Positions 14,041-26,926 of a DNA stretch of 64,000 nt are shown one piece after another; within the stretch, counting starts at the first letter, position 1; each line of letters begins with the position of its first letter. A program made the translations under genes and the position numbers. Under the pieces are notes generated by a model. That model was not told the DNA's origin. It worked only from the letters and a program-made list of their open reading frames with translations, and made no database searches. Source of the DNA: Octopus sinensis (lineage: Eukaryota); the NCBI RefSeq assembly GCF_006345805.1, contig NC_042999.1, positions 116,188,001-116,252,000 on the forward strand, read 5' to 3'.

Positions 14041-14282
14041 AAAGACATAGAATTTAATTAAATTAGAACAAATGGTCACATTAGTATAATTATACCTAAA
14101 ATCTTCAAGAAGTTAAGGAGATAGACAAAGAACATACTGCGTTCACTCCAGCATAGAAGCTAACTGCATTACCTCTGGATATCCTTGTTGCTTATTTTGA
14201 ATTTAATCACCTTACTTTGAAATTGTATGGATAATACCGTATTAAATTCTGGTGCCTCAACTTTAGACCATATTCACCTGAA

Positions 14283-14361
<79 letters not shown>

Positions 14362-14454
14362 GAAGGTTTGAAAATGCAATTTTAAAAGATGTTTATTTAC
14401 TTTACCGGTTTCACTTTTTTAGAAAAAGATTGTCAAAAGTAACATGTAAAAGCT

Positions 14455-14830
14455 TGTTGTGTTAGGTACTGATTGTTACAAAATACTACAATACATATAT
14501 ACATTCTTTGATAACAAGAACATGTTAAGAGAAGTTTACAAGGGAAAATCTTGGGAAAATATAAAAAGTTTAACAAGTTCACCAAAATATTGGGCACAAA
14601 AGCTTGGTTGTGCCAGGTACTGGTTGTCACAAAATATTACAATATATATACATTACAATATATATATATACATTCCTTGATAATAAGAACATGTTAAGAA
14701 TAGCTTACAAGGGAAAATCTTGAGAAAATATTAAAAAGTTTAACAAGTTCATTAAAATATTGGGCACAAAAGATTACAATATATATATACATTCTCAAGA
14801 AAATGTTAAAGATAGTCTCCAGAAGGAATT
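14455..14830. repeat. Diverged tandem repeat, unit about 150-170 bp, about 2.5 copies
   Basis: ttgttacaaaatactac... recurs at about 14473 and 14624, and ...aagtttaacaagttca...tgggcacaaaag is repeated. Confidence 0.7.
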
Positions 14831-16475
14831 ATTAAAAAGTTCAGTGGAATATTGGTATTATATCTGTATATATATACATACAGAATATTATAAGTTCAAA
14901 AAAGTTTACATTTTAGTAGTAGGGTAGCTTTAACTTGCCTGATTCACCATGTTGTCAAAAAATAGTCTTGTGAGTGGATTTGGCAGACGGAAACTGAAAG
15001 AAGCCCGTCGTGTATATGTATATATATGTGTGTGTCTGTGTTTGCCCCCCCAACATCGCTTGACAACTGCTGCTGGTGTGTTTACGTCCCCATAACTTAG
15101 CGGTTTGGCAAAAGAGAACCAATAGAATAAGTACTAGGCTTACAAAGAATAAGTCCCGGGGTCGATTTACTCGACTAAAGGTGGTGCTCCAGCATGGCCG
15201 CAGTCAAATAACGGAAACAAGTAAAAGAGAAAAAAGTAAAAGAGTATACCAGAGCAACCTGTCGACACCCAATTCAACATTATAAGCCATTCCATTGCTC
15301 ATTTATCAGTCTGTGGCATCACACAGCATGGATCCACATTCTCAGGAAATGGAGGGAACATTTTATTTTCAATGTGGCACCATGTTTCTAACAGGTTTAA
15401 ATGAACATTTTTTCCTTCAACTCCTACACCTTTTAATTCCTTAAATCCTTTCTTATCCTTCAACTCTTCTCTCTCTTCATCTTTTCCATTCATCTCACTC
15501 TTGACTTTACCCGCTTCTCATTCTATTGCTCTTTCCTTCTTCCTTTTTACACTGTTTCTGTTATCATTGCTTGTTTACAAATGACTTTCACATGGTTCTA
15601 CCTTCCTTATCAGAACCTCTGGTGGTTGAATAGGAGAATTTTACTTTATGGCAATTAAATACTTGAAGGTGGAAAATATTCATCATGTGCTGCAAAGAAT
15701 TTCTGAAGAATATTAGTTGTTACGTAAGATAAATATTTCCCACCTTCAAGTAAGGAAAGGAAATTATTTTATCACCATAGAGTAAAATTTTCCTAATCAA
15801 TCACCAGAAATTTAACTGAAATTATAACAACACATAAGAAAAGTAAAATTAGACAGTATCTCAATTCAAAATTGATAAACATGAGTAGAACTGATAGGAT
15901 CAATTTTGAGATAAACTCTAATACTAATTTTCCTGAACTAGTTTTTGATACTTTGGGTGAAGGTAATTCCAACAGTGGAATTAATAGTACTTTTATGATA
16001 ACATTTAGTAATAATATTGATTATAATACTGCTAATAATCCTGTTTTTCTGTATCTAGATATGTTGGCACAATAGAAGCAATCATTAATAATGTATGGTG
16101 TAATTATCAATGAAAGATGTGATTTCTCCACCTTTGTTCATATTTTGATGTGTGTGTGTGTGTGAGAGAGAGAGAGGGGGGGAAGTGTGTGTGTATGTGT
16201 GTGAGTATACCTGTATATGTGGGAGTGTGCTTGTGTGTCACTTGTCTTGATAGTTGTGTCACCCTCATACAAACTGTCATTTCTTTCCAGTCTTCTATGA
16301 AAACATCTGCTGCTGAGGGGGGGAAATATGACCTTACTTGGAAACAGGTGAGGGCTGACAACAGGGAAGGCATCTGGCCATAGAAAATTTGTCTCAGCAA
16401 ATTCCATCTGACCCATGCAAGCTTCAAAAAGTAACCATTTAAATGATGATACTGGTGATATATATACATATAGGT

Positions 16476-16830
16476 ACAGGTGTGACTGTGTGGTAAGAAG
16501 TTTGTTTCCCAACCACATGGTTCGAGGTTCAGTCCCATTGCATAGCACCTTGGGCAAGTGTCTTCTACTATAGCCTTGGGCTGACCAAAGCCTTGTGAGT
16601 GGATTTGGTAGTTGAAAACTTAAAGAAGCCTGTCATGTATTTGTGTGTGTGTGTGTGGCTGTGCTTGTCCCTCTTATCACCACTTGACAACTGGTGTTGG
16701 TGTGTTTACATCCCCCATAACTTAGCAGTTCGGCAAAAGAATAATACTAGGCTTAAGAAATAAGTCCTGGTGTCAAGGCAGTGTTCCAGCATGGCCACAG
16801 TCAAATGATTGAAACGAGTAAAAGAATAAA
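16476..16830 (+). mobile_element. SINE family A
   Basis: gtgtggtaagaag...ggttcagtccc head and the family body. Other copies lie at about 14966-15245(+), 42328-42690(+) and 43192-43560(-). Confidence 0.75.
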
Positions 16831-17279
16831 TGAGTATATGTAATACACACACACAATAAACCACCCAACCCATACTACTATAGAAAAACGGATGTCATAT
16901 GATGATGATGATGATGATGATTGTTATATGCATATACTTATGTATATGTGTCTGCAATTTCAATTATATGTGTACTTAGGTGCACACACACACACACACA
17001 TGTACAGATGTGTAAGTATGTACAATCCGTATACTACTCTGTTGGCAACTGTTGTATATGTATTCATTTGAAGGTGTTGCCTGTCTGTGTTGCTAGTGTA
17101 TGGCTAGTCAATGAATCTGAATAACCACAGCCCTGCAAATAGAAACCTTTAACCATTGTAATTATCACATTTATGATCTCAGTAAGCCAGTTTAGACTAT
17201 TTTGTGGCAGTTGGTCATACTCTGTCTGTGTGTCTCTGTGACTTTCTCTTATGTGTGTGTGTGTGTGCATATCTGTCCA

Positions 17280-17312
<33 letters not shown>

Positions 17313-17739
17313 TTTTAATATGTATGCTTGTATGTATGTTTATATCTACACATATATTTGTCTAGATGTAGACAGATGTGTGTGTATGAGTGTGTATTAC
17401 ATTCATGTATGTGTGTGTGTGTTTGTGTGTGTATTGCTAGCCACTACACATTCGTTATTTTCTCTCCTTGCTTCTTTCTCTGTTCCTTTCTGTGGAAGAG
17501 CGTAGGCTCAAAATGTTAAAGACTTTTTCACTTCCCGAGCATTATACTAATACATCTGTTTGTTACAGTGAAGAATTCACTGTTTAAAGCTGGTGTTTGG
17601 AACATACATTAACATGAAATTTTGATAGAAGAAGGTTTTAGTTTAGGTCACTTTAAAACAGGGAGTTTGTTTCATCAAACCAGGGCTAGGGTTGGTATCC
17701 AAAAGGTTAAAAACAGAAGAAAATCCTTGCTAGTTTAGA

Positions 17740-18020
17740 GATTATTGTCATTGTAGTGGAAGGGACAGGATGAGGAAGAGGAGGGGAAGAAGAAGGAGAG
17801 GAGGAACATGAGGAGGAGCAAGAAGAAGAGGAGGGGAGGAGGAGGAGCAAGAAGAAGAGAAGGGGAGGAGGAGGAGCTAGAGGAAGTGGGGAGGAAGAAG
17901 AGGAAGAAGTGGAGAAGCAAGAGGAAAAAGGGGAAGAAGGAGAGGAGAAGCAAGAGGTAGAGGAAGAAAAGGAGGAGGAGGAAGAAGAAGAGGAGGAGGA
18001 AAAGAAAGAAGAAGGGGCCA
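17740..18020. repeat. Purine-rich (GAG/GAA) low-complexity tract
   Basis: Directly visible. Confidence 0.9.
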
Positions 18021-18047
18021 TTAACTCCATGCCAATGGGCCACTTAT

Positions 18048-18242
18048 CCCTTTAGCATTTAAAATGTCTAAATCCAGTTTTATGTTCAGACATGGACTGA
18101 TCTAATCTCTCACACATGTCATTCTAAAAATAGACAATAACATCATCAAGATCTCAAATCTGTGACATAATACATGCTTAATTCAAAATAATATGAATAA
18201 AAAAAAAATAAAATTTGTCAGAGTAATTTGAATGCTAAAGGG
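18048..18242. mobile_element. piggyBac-type MITE
   Basis: 12-bp TIRs CCCTTTAGCATT / AATGCTAAAGGG, flanked by TTAT and TTAA. A related partial copy lies at 11552-11733. Confidence 0.75.
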
Positions 18243-18444
18243 TTAATGTAGCATACTGGTGGGTGTAGATTTGCCAATTGGTCAGATGTGCTTTTGGATG
18301 TGATCTAGAACGTTTGTTCTTGTGTGTGTTTGCATGTGTGTATAGCAGCTCCCCTAACCTATGTAGGTGAGGTGCACTTATACTTTGCATGAGGGTTAAT
18401 CACTGTTTAAAGTTGAAATGCACACAAATATATTTGCACACATA

Positions 18445-18672
18445 AAGGTGGCGAGCTGGCAGAAACGTTAGCATGCCGGGAGAACTGCTCAGCAGTATTT
18501 CGTCTGCCATTACGTTCTGGGTTCAAATTCCGCCGAGGTCGACTTTGCCTTTTATCCTTTCGGGGTCAATAAATTGAGTGCCAATTACACACTGGGGTTG
18601 ATCTAATCGACTTAATCCGTTTGTCTGTCCTTGTTTGTCCCCTCTATGTTTAGCCCCTTGTGGGCAATAAAA
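18445..18672 (+). mobile_element. tRNA-derived SINE family B (core resembles the Meta/MESC domain)
   Basis: aaggtggcgagctggcagaa head, GGGTTCAAATTCC B-box-like motif and gtcgactttgcctttt... core. 15-bp TSD atatttgcacacata at 18430-18444 and 18684-18698. The core assignment is from memory and unverified. Confidence 0.85.
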
Positions 18673-21478
18673 AATTTTTTTAAATATTTGCACACATACA
18701 AATCTATAAATTACAGGACTGTATACATGTGTGTGTGTGTGTGTGTGTGTATAGCCCTTTGACTACCTTGTTGTCCATTGAGTTCTCATATTCTGTCACT
18801 TCTCAATGAAACCCTGCAGTTGAAGTATTTGGTATTTCTGCTCTTTTCATGTTAGTGTACATTCCACCACTGCTTGCTTCCTCTAATTATATTTGGATAT
18901 AAGTCTGCATATTTGTATATTATGTGTTTAACTCTGTGCATGTGTGTATGTGTTTCTTTGTTTATACATTGATTTTTCTTATTGTATCATTTTCAATTTC
19001 TCACTCACTATCTCTTACTCTTTTTCTCTCAGTCACTCTCTGATTCAGTTTATGTGACTCTCCCTGACTCTCGCCTCTCTCTCTGCCCTATTGATTGGGC
19101 CTGTCACTCATATGTACATTCTCCCACTCACACAGACTTGAGCACACATGTATGCATGCATTAAAGGGAAGCAAATATTTATATTTTAACTTATAATTCC
19201 ATTGATGTTGACTTTATCAGTTGATTTGTAAATCAAGATCGGTTTCCAGAAATTGCATAACAAAAATCTGTTGCTTGTAAATTTATTTGCTAAGAAAATG
19301 TATCATTATCATTATCAAAGATAGTGAATTGACAGCATTATTGGAGCACAGTGCTTTGGATGAGATAGTTTGTAGCTGCGCTGGTTCCAGGAATTTTTTG
19401 AAGGGATGTCACTAGGTGAGAAGAGAATACAGTTCCAGTAGAAGAGGTTGTAATAACATTATTTAGAAAGGTGAACTTCTTTTCTTGATGGGGTCACGTG
19501 CCTCTCAGACCACCATCCCCTTGGGTCTGCCCCTGTGTAGTATTTGGGTAGTGACTTTGTCTGTTTCTTAGTTTAACACAACCATCTGGCTCTTGAGTAT
19601 TTTTAGTAGAGTTAGCTCTTGTGCAAGCATTTGAGCCAGGTTTCTGGTATGAAGTTAACTCTCATTTTCAACCACTGGTGGTAAAGTCCCTAAAAATAGA
19701 TAAAGCTTTGTGTATGCTGCCTTTTCCTGTCTGAGTAAATGGTAGAAAAAAAATCCTATGCTGAGGAATTTTCTGTGATAGAAATGCGGGAATAGTAGGT
19801 AAGGATTATTTTTAGATTGAAACATTAAAACATTAAAGGTTACTGTTTGATAGAAATACCCTGATTATAAATAAGCATTCTATAAGTTTTCCAAGGAAAA
19901 GTTAAAGATTACAGGAAAAGCTGTTTATTTTTACAGTGAAAGTGACTTGATAGTTTGTGAATACTACATAAGTTATTGCTGTAGCTTTCGGTATTAGGTT
20001 ACTGTTTCTCTCTCATTTTGATATCAGCATTGCAGGACATGTTACTGAAAGTGTATTACATATTTCCATTCACTTTTGGCTCACTACCAGAGGAAACTTG
20101 GAGTGAATTACAGCTACTGCTCTATTCAAGAGAACTGTTTGATTCATCGACTGTATGAAGTATATGAGTGACTGACTGAATCAATAACCAGGTCAGAGAG
20201 TGAGAGTATTTCTTGTGTGTTGTTATGGTTGATGAAAAAACAACAACTAATTAACTTCAGAGTGAAAAGATGCATTCAATTTCAGTATCAAGAGGCAAGG
20301 ATACAAGGGTGAACTTTGTGACTATCTTTACCTGTTGAGTTGAACCAAACAAACTTTTGATGTACAGAGATCATAATATGCACTGACTTGTGTATATGTG
20401 AAAAAGATTAAATTCCAGTCTTGATATGTTCTATTGCTCTGTTTTGTCTTGTCTGTTTTAATCTGATTTTCTATAAAGAAATAGTTTCTAACTCAATATG
20501 GTTATGAGTTTATGAATGGAAGCTCCTCACAAGATTTGTAAGTGATATTCTTGCATGTTAGACTGTATTTATGTATTAAATATTTTAGTTAACTTAATTG
20601 AAGGTTACTAGCATTATTGTTTAGAACTAGTCATGTCTTGTAATTTCATTCAATTATGAATGATATAGTGATATATCTGTAATGATCGCACCTTGACATA
20701 TAGTTCAGGGCCATCTTAATAGCATTATTAGCTCCTAGGCAACTAAATGCTCTGGGCCCTATACTATACATTTACTGCCAGCAAGCCACTGCATATATAG
20801 ATCAGAAATGGACTCTTAGACCCTTGCAGCCCCCAGGCAATTGCCCAGTGAGCCCATGCCTTAAGATGGCACTGCTTATGCTGTCAAACAGAATAGTGAT
20901 GTTGCTGTAATGCTTCTACTTGAACTAGTATGACAATGCCTGGCATTGTTCATTAACAAGTGATATCTCACTGAAACCATTAAATGTTGTTTTAATGTTT
21001 CTACTTAAATAACTGGTAGCATCTCATTTGTGTCAAAGATATTGCTCTGCTTCAACATGTAGTGTGCTACACGGATCAGTAACATAACTATAATCATCCA
21101 TATTAATTGATAATATGTACCACATGGGTCAGTGATACTACTAAAATACCCTTTCTGATAGTGATACAACAGTAATGTACCCTACCTAATGTACCTGCTG
21201 GCAGTATCTTACAAAGATGTGTTGTACAATTGTAGTGTACTTGCTGTAACTGATGGAACATATCTCACCTGGATCCATCATATTTCTATTACACCATTGG
21301 GTAGCCAATGTTGAAAGAGTGTCTACTCTCTCTCCTCTCTTTCTTGACTAATCTTCCTTTCAGTTCTTGGATTTTAACAGAATTAGTAGCATTCCTCCAC
21401 TTTAGACATATGAAATACAGCTCATTATATAAAACACACACGCATGCGCACACACACACATGCACATATATATATAAA

Positions 21479-21510
<32 letters not shown>

Positions 21511-21537
21511 CATACATATATATACATATATATATAT

Positions 21538-21582
<45 letters not shown>

Positions 21583-21759
21583 ATATATTTATATCATCAT
21601 CATCATCATATCATCATCATTTAACGTCCGCTTCCATGCTAGATGGGTTGGACGGTTCATATGGGTCTGGGGAGCCCGAAAGCTGCACCATCCAGTCATA
21701 TCTGGCATATATACAGCTGATGCCCTTCCTACGCCAATATATATTATATATATATATAA

Positions 21760-21804
<45 letters not shown>

Positions 21805-21933
21805 CATATATAATTATATATATATATAATAATATACATACTATATATATATATATATATATAATATATATACATAATATATATATATATATATATATAT
21901 ACATACATATATATATATATATATATAATATAT

Positions 21934-21964
<31 letters not shown>

Positions 21965-21970
21965 CATATA

Positions 21971-22049
<79 letters not shown>

Positions 22050-22160
22050 TATATAATATATACATATATATATACATACATATATATATATATTATATAC
22101 ATATATATATACATATACATACATATATATATACATACATATATATATATACATACATAT

Positions 22161-23044
22161 TGTTACGGAATCCCACCTGCCGTTGCTCAAACTCTTCGGG
22201 AAAAACCTGGGACCCTACCAAGTCGAGCGACGACGATTTACCGGCCCGATCGATCGGCGTTTTCGCCACGGACCCAAGGAGAGAGAGATAACTCGGGGGG
22301 GGGGGGGCAGCAAACACGGCAACCGGCGACCAGAGATACCAACAACAATAAACAACAGCAGGAAGAGACACAAACAGAGACATGGCGGAAGGCAATTTGG
22401 CTTACATTTAACAACAGTTTATACAATTATTACAACATCAAATAAATCAAAGATACATCAGGTATACAACAAAGAAAACAACAAATCAAAGCATTTAAAC
22501 ATGCAGATACAGTTCAATACATTTCAGATCAATTAATGTTCACGATACAGTCCAATGTTCAAATCACATTAAAGTCCTTCTCTTTCCTTTTTCAACACGT
22601 ATCAACACAATTCACAATGTTCTTTATAATCTCTTTAGCACTGTTCTTTGTAACACATCAATTCTTTTACATTTCTTTTTCCTTCTTTTTTCACATATCT
22701 GACATAAGTAAACACATACCGTACAACAGCCAATGCCTTACACCGTAGTCCCTCTCTCCTAGTCTGTCTTCCTCTTTCCAGTCTGCCGTCACAGCAGAAA
22801 CAACCTACTACTAACTTGCTCTGTCCTGTCTCTCGTATCAGTTCCGTCTCTTCTAGAGCTCCTGGCCGACTGTTTCTACAGGCCCACAGTTCCTCCTTTT
22901 TAAGGGGTGTTTCCAACGAACTTTCTTTCACCTGAAAAGGGTCGGAGGTCTCCCCAGAGCTAATCAATCCACCTGAATCTGACAGGACAATGGATTTATT
23001 CCAAAAGTAGGTCGCAAGCACTGTCCTTAAATTGACCTATTCAT

Positions 23045-23048
<4 letters not shown>
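22161..23048. mobile_element. Solo LTR (888 bp), Gypsy-like
   Basis: TGTTA...TAACA termini and a 4-bp ATAT TSD (22157-22160, 23049-23052), inside a TA microsatellite. No internal gag/pol sequence. Confidence 0.75.
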
Positions 23049-23098
<50 letters not shown>

Positions 23099-23109
23099 CA
23101 TCATTCATC

Positions 23110-23462
23110 ATCATTCATTTAGCGTCCGTTTTCCATGCTAGCATGGACTGTTCAACTGGGGTCTGGGGAGCCCGAAGGCTGCACCAGGCCAGTCAGATCT
23201 GGCAGTGTTTCTACAGCTGGATGCCCTTCCTAACGCCAACCAATCCGAGAGTGTAGTGGGTGATTTTATGTGCCACCGACACAGGTGCCAGACGAGGCTG
23301 GCAGACGGCCACGCTCGGATGGTGTTTTTATGTGCCACCGACACAGGTGCCAGATGAGGCTGGCGAACGGCCACGATCGGATGGTGTTTGTTACGTGCCC
23401 GCAGCACGGAGGCCAGTCGATGCGGTACTGGCTACGGCCACATTCGGATGGTTTTCTTGTGT
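23110..23462 (-). mobile_element. SINE-like repeat family C
   Basis: Shared body with internal direct subrepeats (ttttatgtgccaccgacacaggtgccag twice). Confidence 0.75.
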
Positions 23463-24216
23463 GCCATACACATACATACATATATATATACATACATATA
23501 TACACATACATACATACATACATATATATACATATATATATATATACATACATATATACACGTACATACATACACACTCACACAAATGAACCCACACATA
23601 CATCCCTACACACACACGCACGTACAAGCACACACGCACACATACATTAGGTTAAGCACAGTTACTCGCCACACACCCAAACTCTACGCATACACACACG
23701 AACACACATGCACACACACTACAAACAACACACACACATGATACATATACTTACACGCACACACATATACCCCTTTGTTTTTTGACCTGGTTTTGACCTC
23801 GCTGGATACAAAAAAGTGCCACTCCTTTATGACAGCTAGCTTGCCATGCCTATTATTCACCATACATACATACACACACACACACGCACGCACAAACACA
23901 CTTGTCATCCTTGCACACACACGCACCCACACACATTCCTTGTCTTTGAAACTCTCTTGTTTTTAAAAATCATGATTCGTCTACCTTTCAACTTCTGTTC
24001 TTTCAACATGTGATCTCTTGAGCACCACCAGCAAAAATATTTTTTTCCTCTGTCTTCCCTTCTCGGGATCTTTCCTTCTCCTTGTTTCCGACGAAGAGCT
24101 CCGCTCGAAACGTTAAACCCTCCTTCCCTTCTTTCCTGAGCGTCAAATAATACTTTAATTGTTCCACGTCCTCGCGTTGCTGTGTTTTTTTCTGTGTTTT
24201 CTTGTTTGGATTAACC

Positions 24217-24248
<32 letters not shown>

Positions 24249-24579
24249 CACTTCCGGTTTTCGTAGAGGAAAGACGTGTTTGCATTTGCTCTGTGAAAAA
24301 ACAGAAAGGTTTGCATAAATCGACGAAATATACTACTAAAAGTAACAAAAAGTAGAACTTGTTAACTCATAAATCTACTAAAATACTTTAATTGAAAATA
24401 TATTAATTATAAACGTAATATATTTCGCTTGAAGCCAAATATAATGCGGTAAATTTGGTTACGCATGCTAGAATATTCGCCGAAAAGCACATGGTGGCAA
24501 ATCTTCTCGTGAAAGAAAATTTCTTCGTACAAGCACGTGGGTTTGGACTGTACCTTTCAAGATAAGTATCACATGCAAT

Positions 24580-25496
24580 TGTCTGTTTATTAATTTTTTA
24601 AGCTAACATCTCAGTTACGATTGTTTGTTTATTAATTTTTTTAGGCTAACATCTCGGTTACGATTATTTATTAATTTTTTAGGCTAACATCTCGGTTACG
24701 ATTGTTTGTTTATTAATTCTTTAGGCTGACATCTCGGATACGATTAGTTATAATTTTTTAGGCTAACATCTCTGATACGATTGTTTTTTTATTAATTTTA
24801 TAGGCTGACATCTCGGGTACGATTGTTTGTTTATAAATTTTTTAGGCTAACATCTTAGTTACGATTGTTTGTTTATTAATTTTTTAGGCTAACATCTTAG
24901 TTACGATTGTTTGTTTATTAATTTTTTAGGCTAACATCTCAGAGTTACGATTGTTTGTTTATAAATTTTTTAGGCTAACATCTCAGTTACGATTGTTTGT
25001 TTATTAATTTTTTAGGCTGACATCTCGGGTACGATTGTTTGTTTATAAATTTTTTAGGCTAACATCTCAGTTACGATTGTTTGTTTATTAATTTTATAAG
25101 CTAACATCTCAGTTACGATTGTTTGTTTATTAATTTTTTAGGCTAACATCTTGGTTACGATTGTTTGTTTATTTATTTTTTAGGCTGACATCTCGGGTTC
25201 GATTGTTTGTTTATTAATTTTTTAGGCTGACATCTCGGGTTCGATTGTTTGTTTATTAATTTTATAAGCTAACATCTCAGTTACGATTGTTTGTTTATTA
25301 ATTTTTTAGGCTAACATCTTGGTTACGATTGTTTGTTTATAATTTTTTTAGGCTAACATCTCAGAGTTACGATTGTTTGTTTATTAATTTTTTAGGCTAA
25401 CATCTTGGTTACGATTGTTTGTTTATAAATTTTTTAGGCTAACATCTCAGTTACGATTGTTTGTTTATTAATTTTTTTGGCTTACATCTCAGTTAC
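24580..25496. repeat. Minisatellite, ~42-bp unit, about 22 copies
   Basis: Consensus TTGTTTGTTTATTAATTTTTTAGGCTAACATCTCAGTTACGA in uninterrupted tandem, with recurring variants (CAG/CGG/TGG/TAG) and no spacers. Confidence 0.95.
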
Positions 25497-25993
25497 ATAT
25501 CTTACTCTTTTTCTCATCTCCCCTCCTCCCTTTCATATCCTCCTCTTCTTTCATTTCTCTTTCCTTTCCATCTTACATCTACCTCTCCTCTCGTCACCTC
25601 ACCCTCTCTCTCATATACTTCTCATCCGCCCATTCTTCTCACTCCGTCTCTCCCTCTCTTTCACATCCTTCATCCTGTCTCTCCTTCACTCTGTCTCTCT
25701 TTCTCTTGCTATCATCTCCTCCCCTCTGTTTCTCTTTCTCTTCCCCTCCTCTCCTTCACTCTGCCTCTCTTTCTCTTCCCCTCTTCTCCTTCACTCTGTC
25801 TCTCCTTCTATTCCCCTCCTCTCTCCCCCCTACCTTCCTCTATCTCTTTAACACACCACACCCCCTTGCTTTCCTCCTATCACCCTCTCGATTTCTTTCA
25901 TAGCACCTCTCTCTTTCCCTATTTCCCCCCTCTGTGTTTCTCTATCTCTACCTCTCTCTATCCCTCATTACCCCTCTGGACTTCAAAACGAAG

Positions 25994-26926
25994 ATGGCAC
26001 CAAGGTGGGAAAAGAAAGAGTTAGATCTTCTGCTAAGAGCATGGACAATTGCTAGTGGCGATCCGCCGAACAACATCATCACTGCCGTGCTAAAAAACAA
26101 TGGTTTTCATAGAACCATTGACCAGATAGAGCGGAAGAAAAATGAGTTTATCCGGTCTTACATGCTTAAAACACTGGACAACATAATTGAAGATTATTGT
26201 GGCAAAACTGATGAGGATGAAGAGGACGAAAAAGAGAAGGAAGCCGGAAGTCTCTGTGATCCAGGGGTTCCTCGGGAAAATGTATCACCTACCCTGGTGA
26301 ACGACCAAGTAGTGAAGGATAGGGGAGCCAAGGGAGCAGAAACCGGAAGCCCCCCTGTACCAGTGGTCCTACGAAGAAATGAAAAATTAGAAAAACAGAA
26401 GAAAAAAAGAAGGACCGAAAACAAAATTAAGGAGGGAAAAGGCAAAACAACCAAAGCTGAAACCCCAACCCACCACACAAACAGCAGAGAACCCCATGGA
26501 GGATCCAATGCCACCCAGTACACTTCAGGAAAGAAGAAATCTGGAAGGCACCAAAGAACCTGTAAGTTCTACCTGCGGGGCAAATGTTGGCATGGTGAGG
26601 ATGGCAAAAACTGCCGGTTCGTCCACCCGACACCCCGCCAGAACTTCAGGGGATTCAAAGAGAAAAACTTTACCGAGGGAACACAAGAAATGTCTCCCAG
26701 GAAAACTTTCAAAAATGAAGTGCGCTCCTCAGATGTTCTGCACAACGCAGCAGCTGAGCAAGAGTCTTTTTTATGCATGGCAGAAAGAATTGTCCGGCAG
26801 CTAACCTGGCTACACCAAGCACAGAGAAGGAACCCTGCCTACCACTATGCAAGACCACCACAGTCAACAGACACGGGATGGCCTCCCCTAATGCCTGCAC
26901 AGCCGTCATCCCAATACTTTTACTAA
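25994..26926 (+). CDS. LINE ORF1 with N-terminal Myb/SANT-like domain and one CCCH zinc finger
   Basis: First ATG at 25994. RWEKKELDLLLRAW...IITAVLKNNGFHRTIDQIERK fits the trihelix/SANT-like pattern. CKFYLRGKCWHGEDGKNCRFVH (C-x7-C-x8-C-x3-H) lies at 26561-26626. The ORF is directly upstream of an endonuclease ORF. Confidence 0.8.
   Translation: MAPRWEKKELDLLLRAWTIASGDPPNNIITAVLKNNGFHRTIDQIERKKNEFIRSYMLKTLDNIIEDYCGKTDEDEEDEKEKEAGSLCDPGVPRENVSPTLVNDQVVKDRGAKGAETGSPPVPVVLRRNEKLEKQKKKRRTENKIKEGKGKTTKAETPTHHTNSREPHGGSNATQYTSGKKKSGRHQRTCKFYLRGKCWHGEDGKNCRFVHPTPRQNFRGFKEKNFTEGTQEMSPRKTFKNEVRSSDVLHNAAAEQESFLCMAERIVRQLTWLHQAQRRNPAYHYARPPQSTDTGWPPLMPAQPSSQYFY

Noticed and set aside
20706-20875. CAG-ended 14-bp TIR element as a hAT MITE
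   Set aside because: The TIRs are visible, but there is no 8-bp TSD, so the superfamily cannot be assigned.
24580-25496. 42-bp repeats as a CRISPR array
   Set aside because: Units are contiguous with no unique spacers, there are no cas genes, and the context is eukaryotic.
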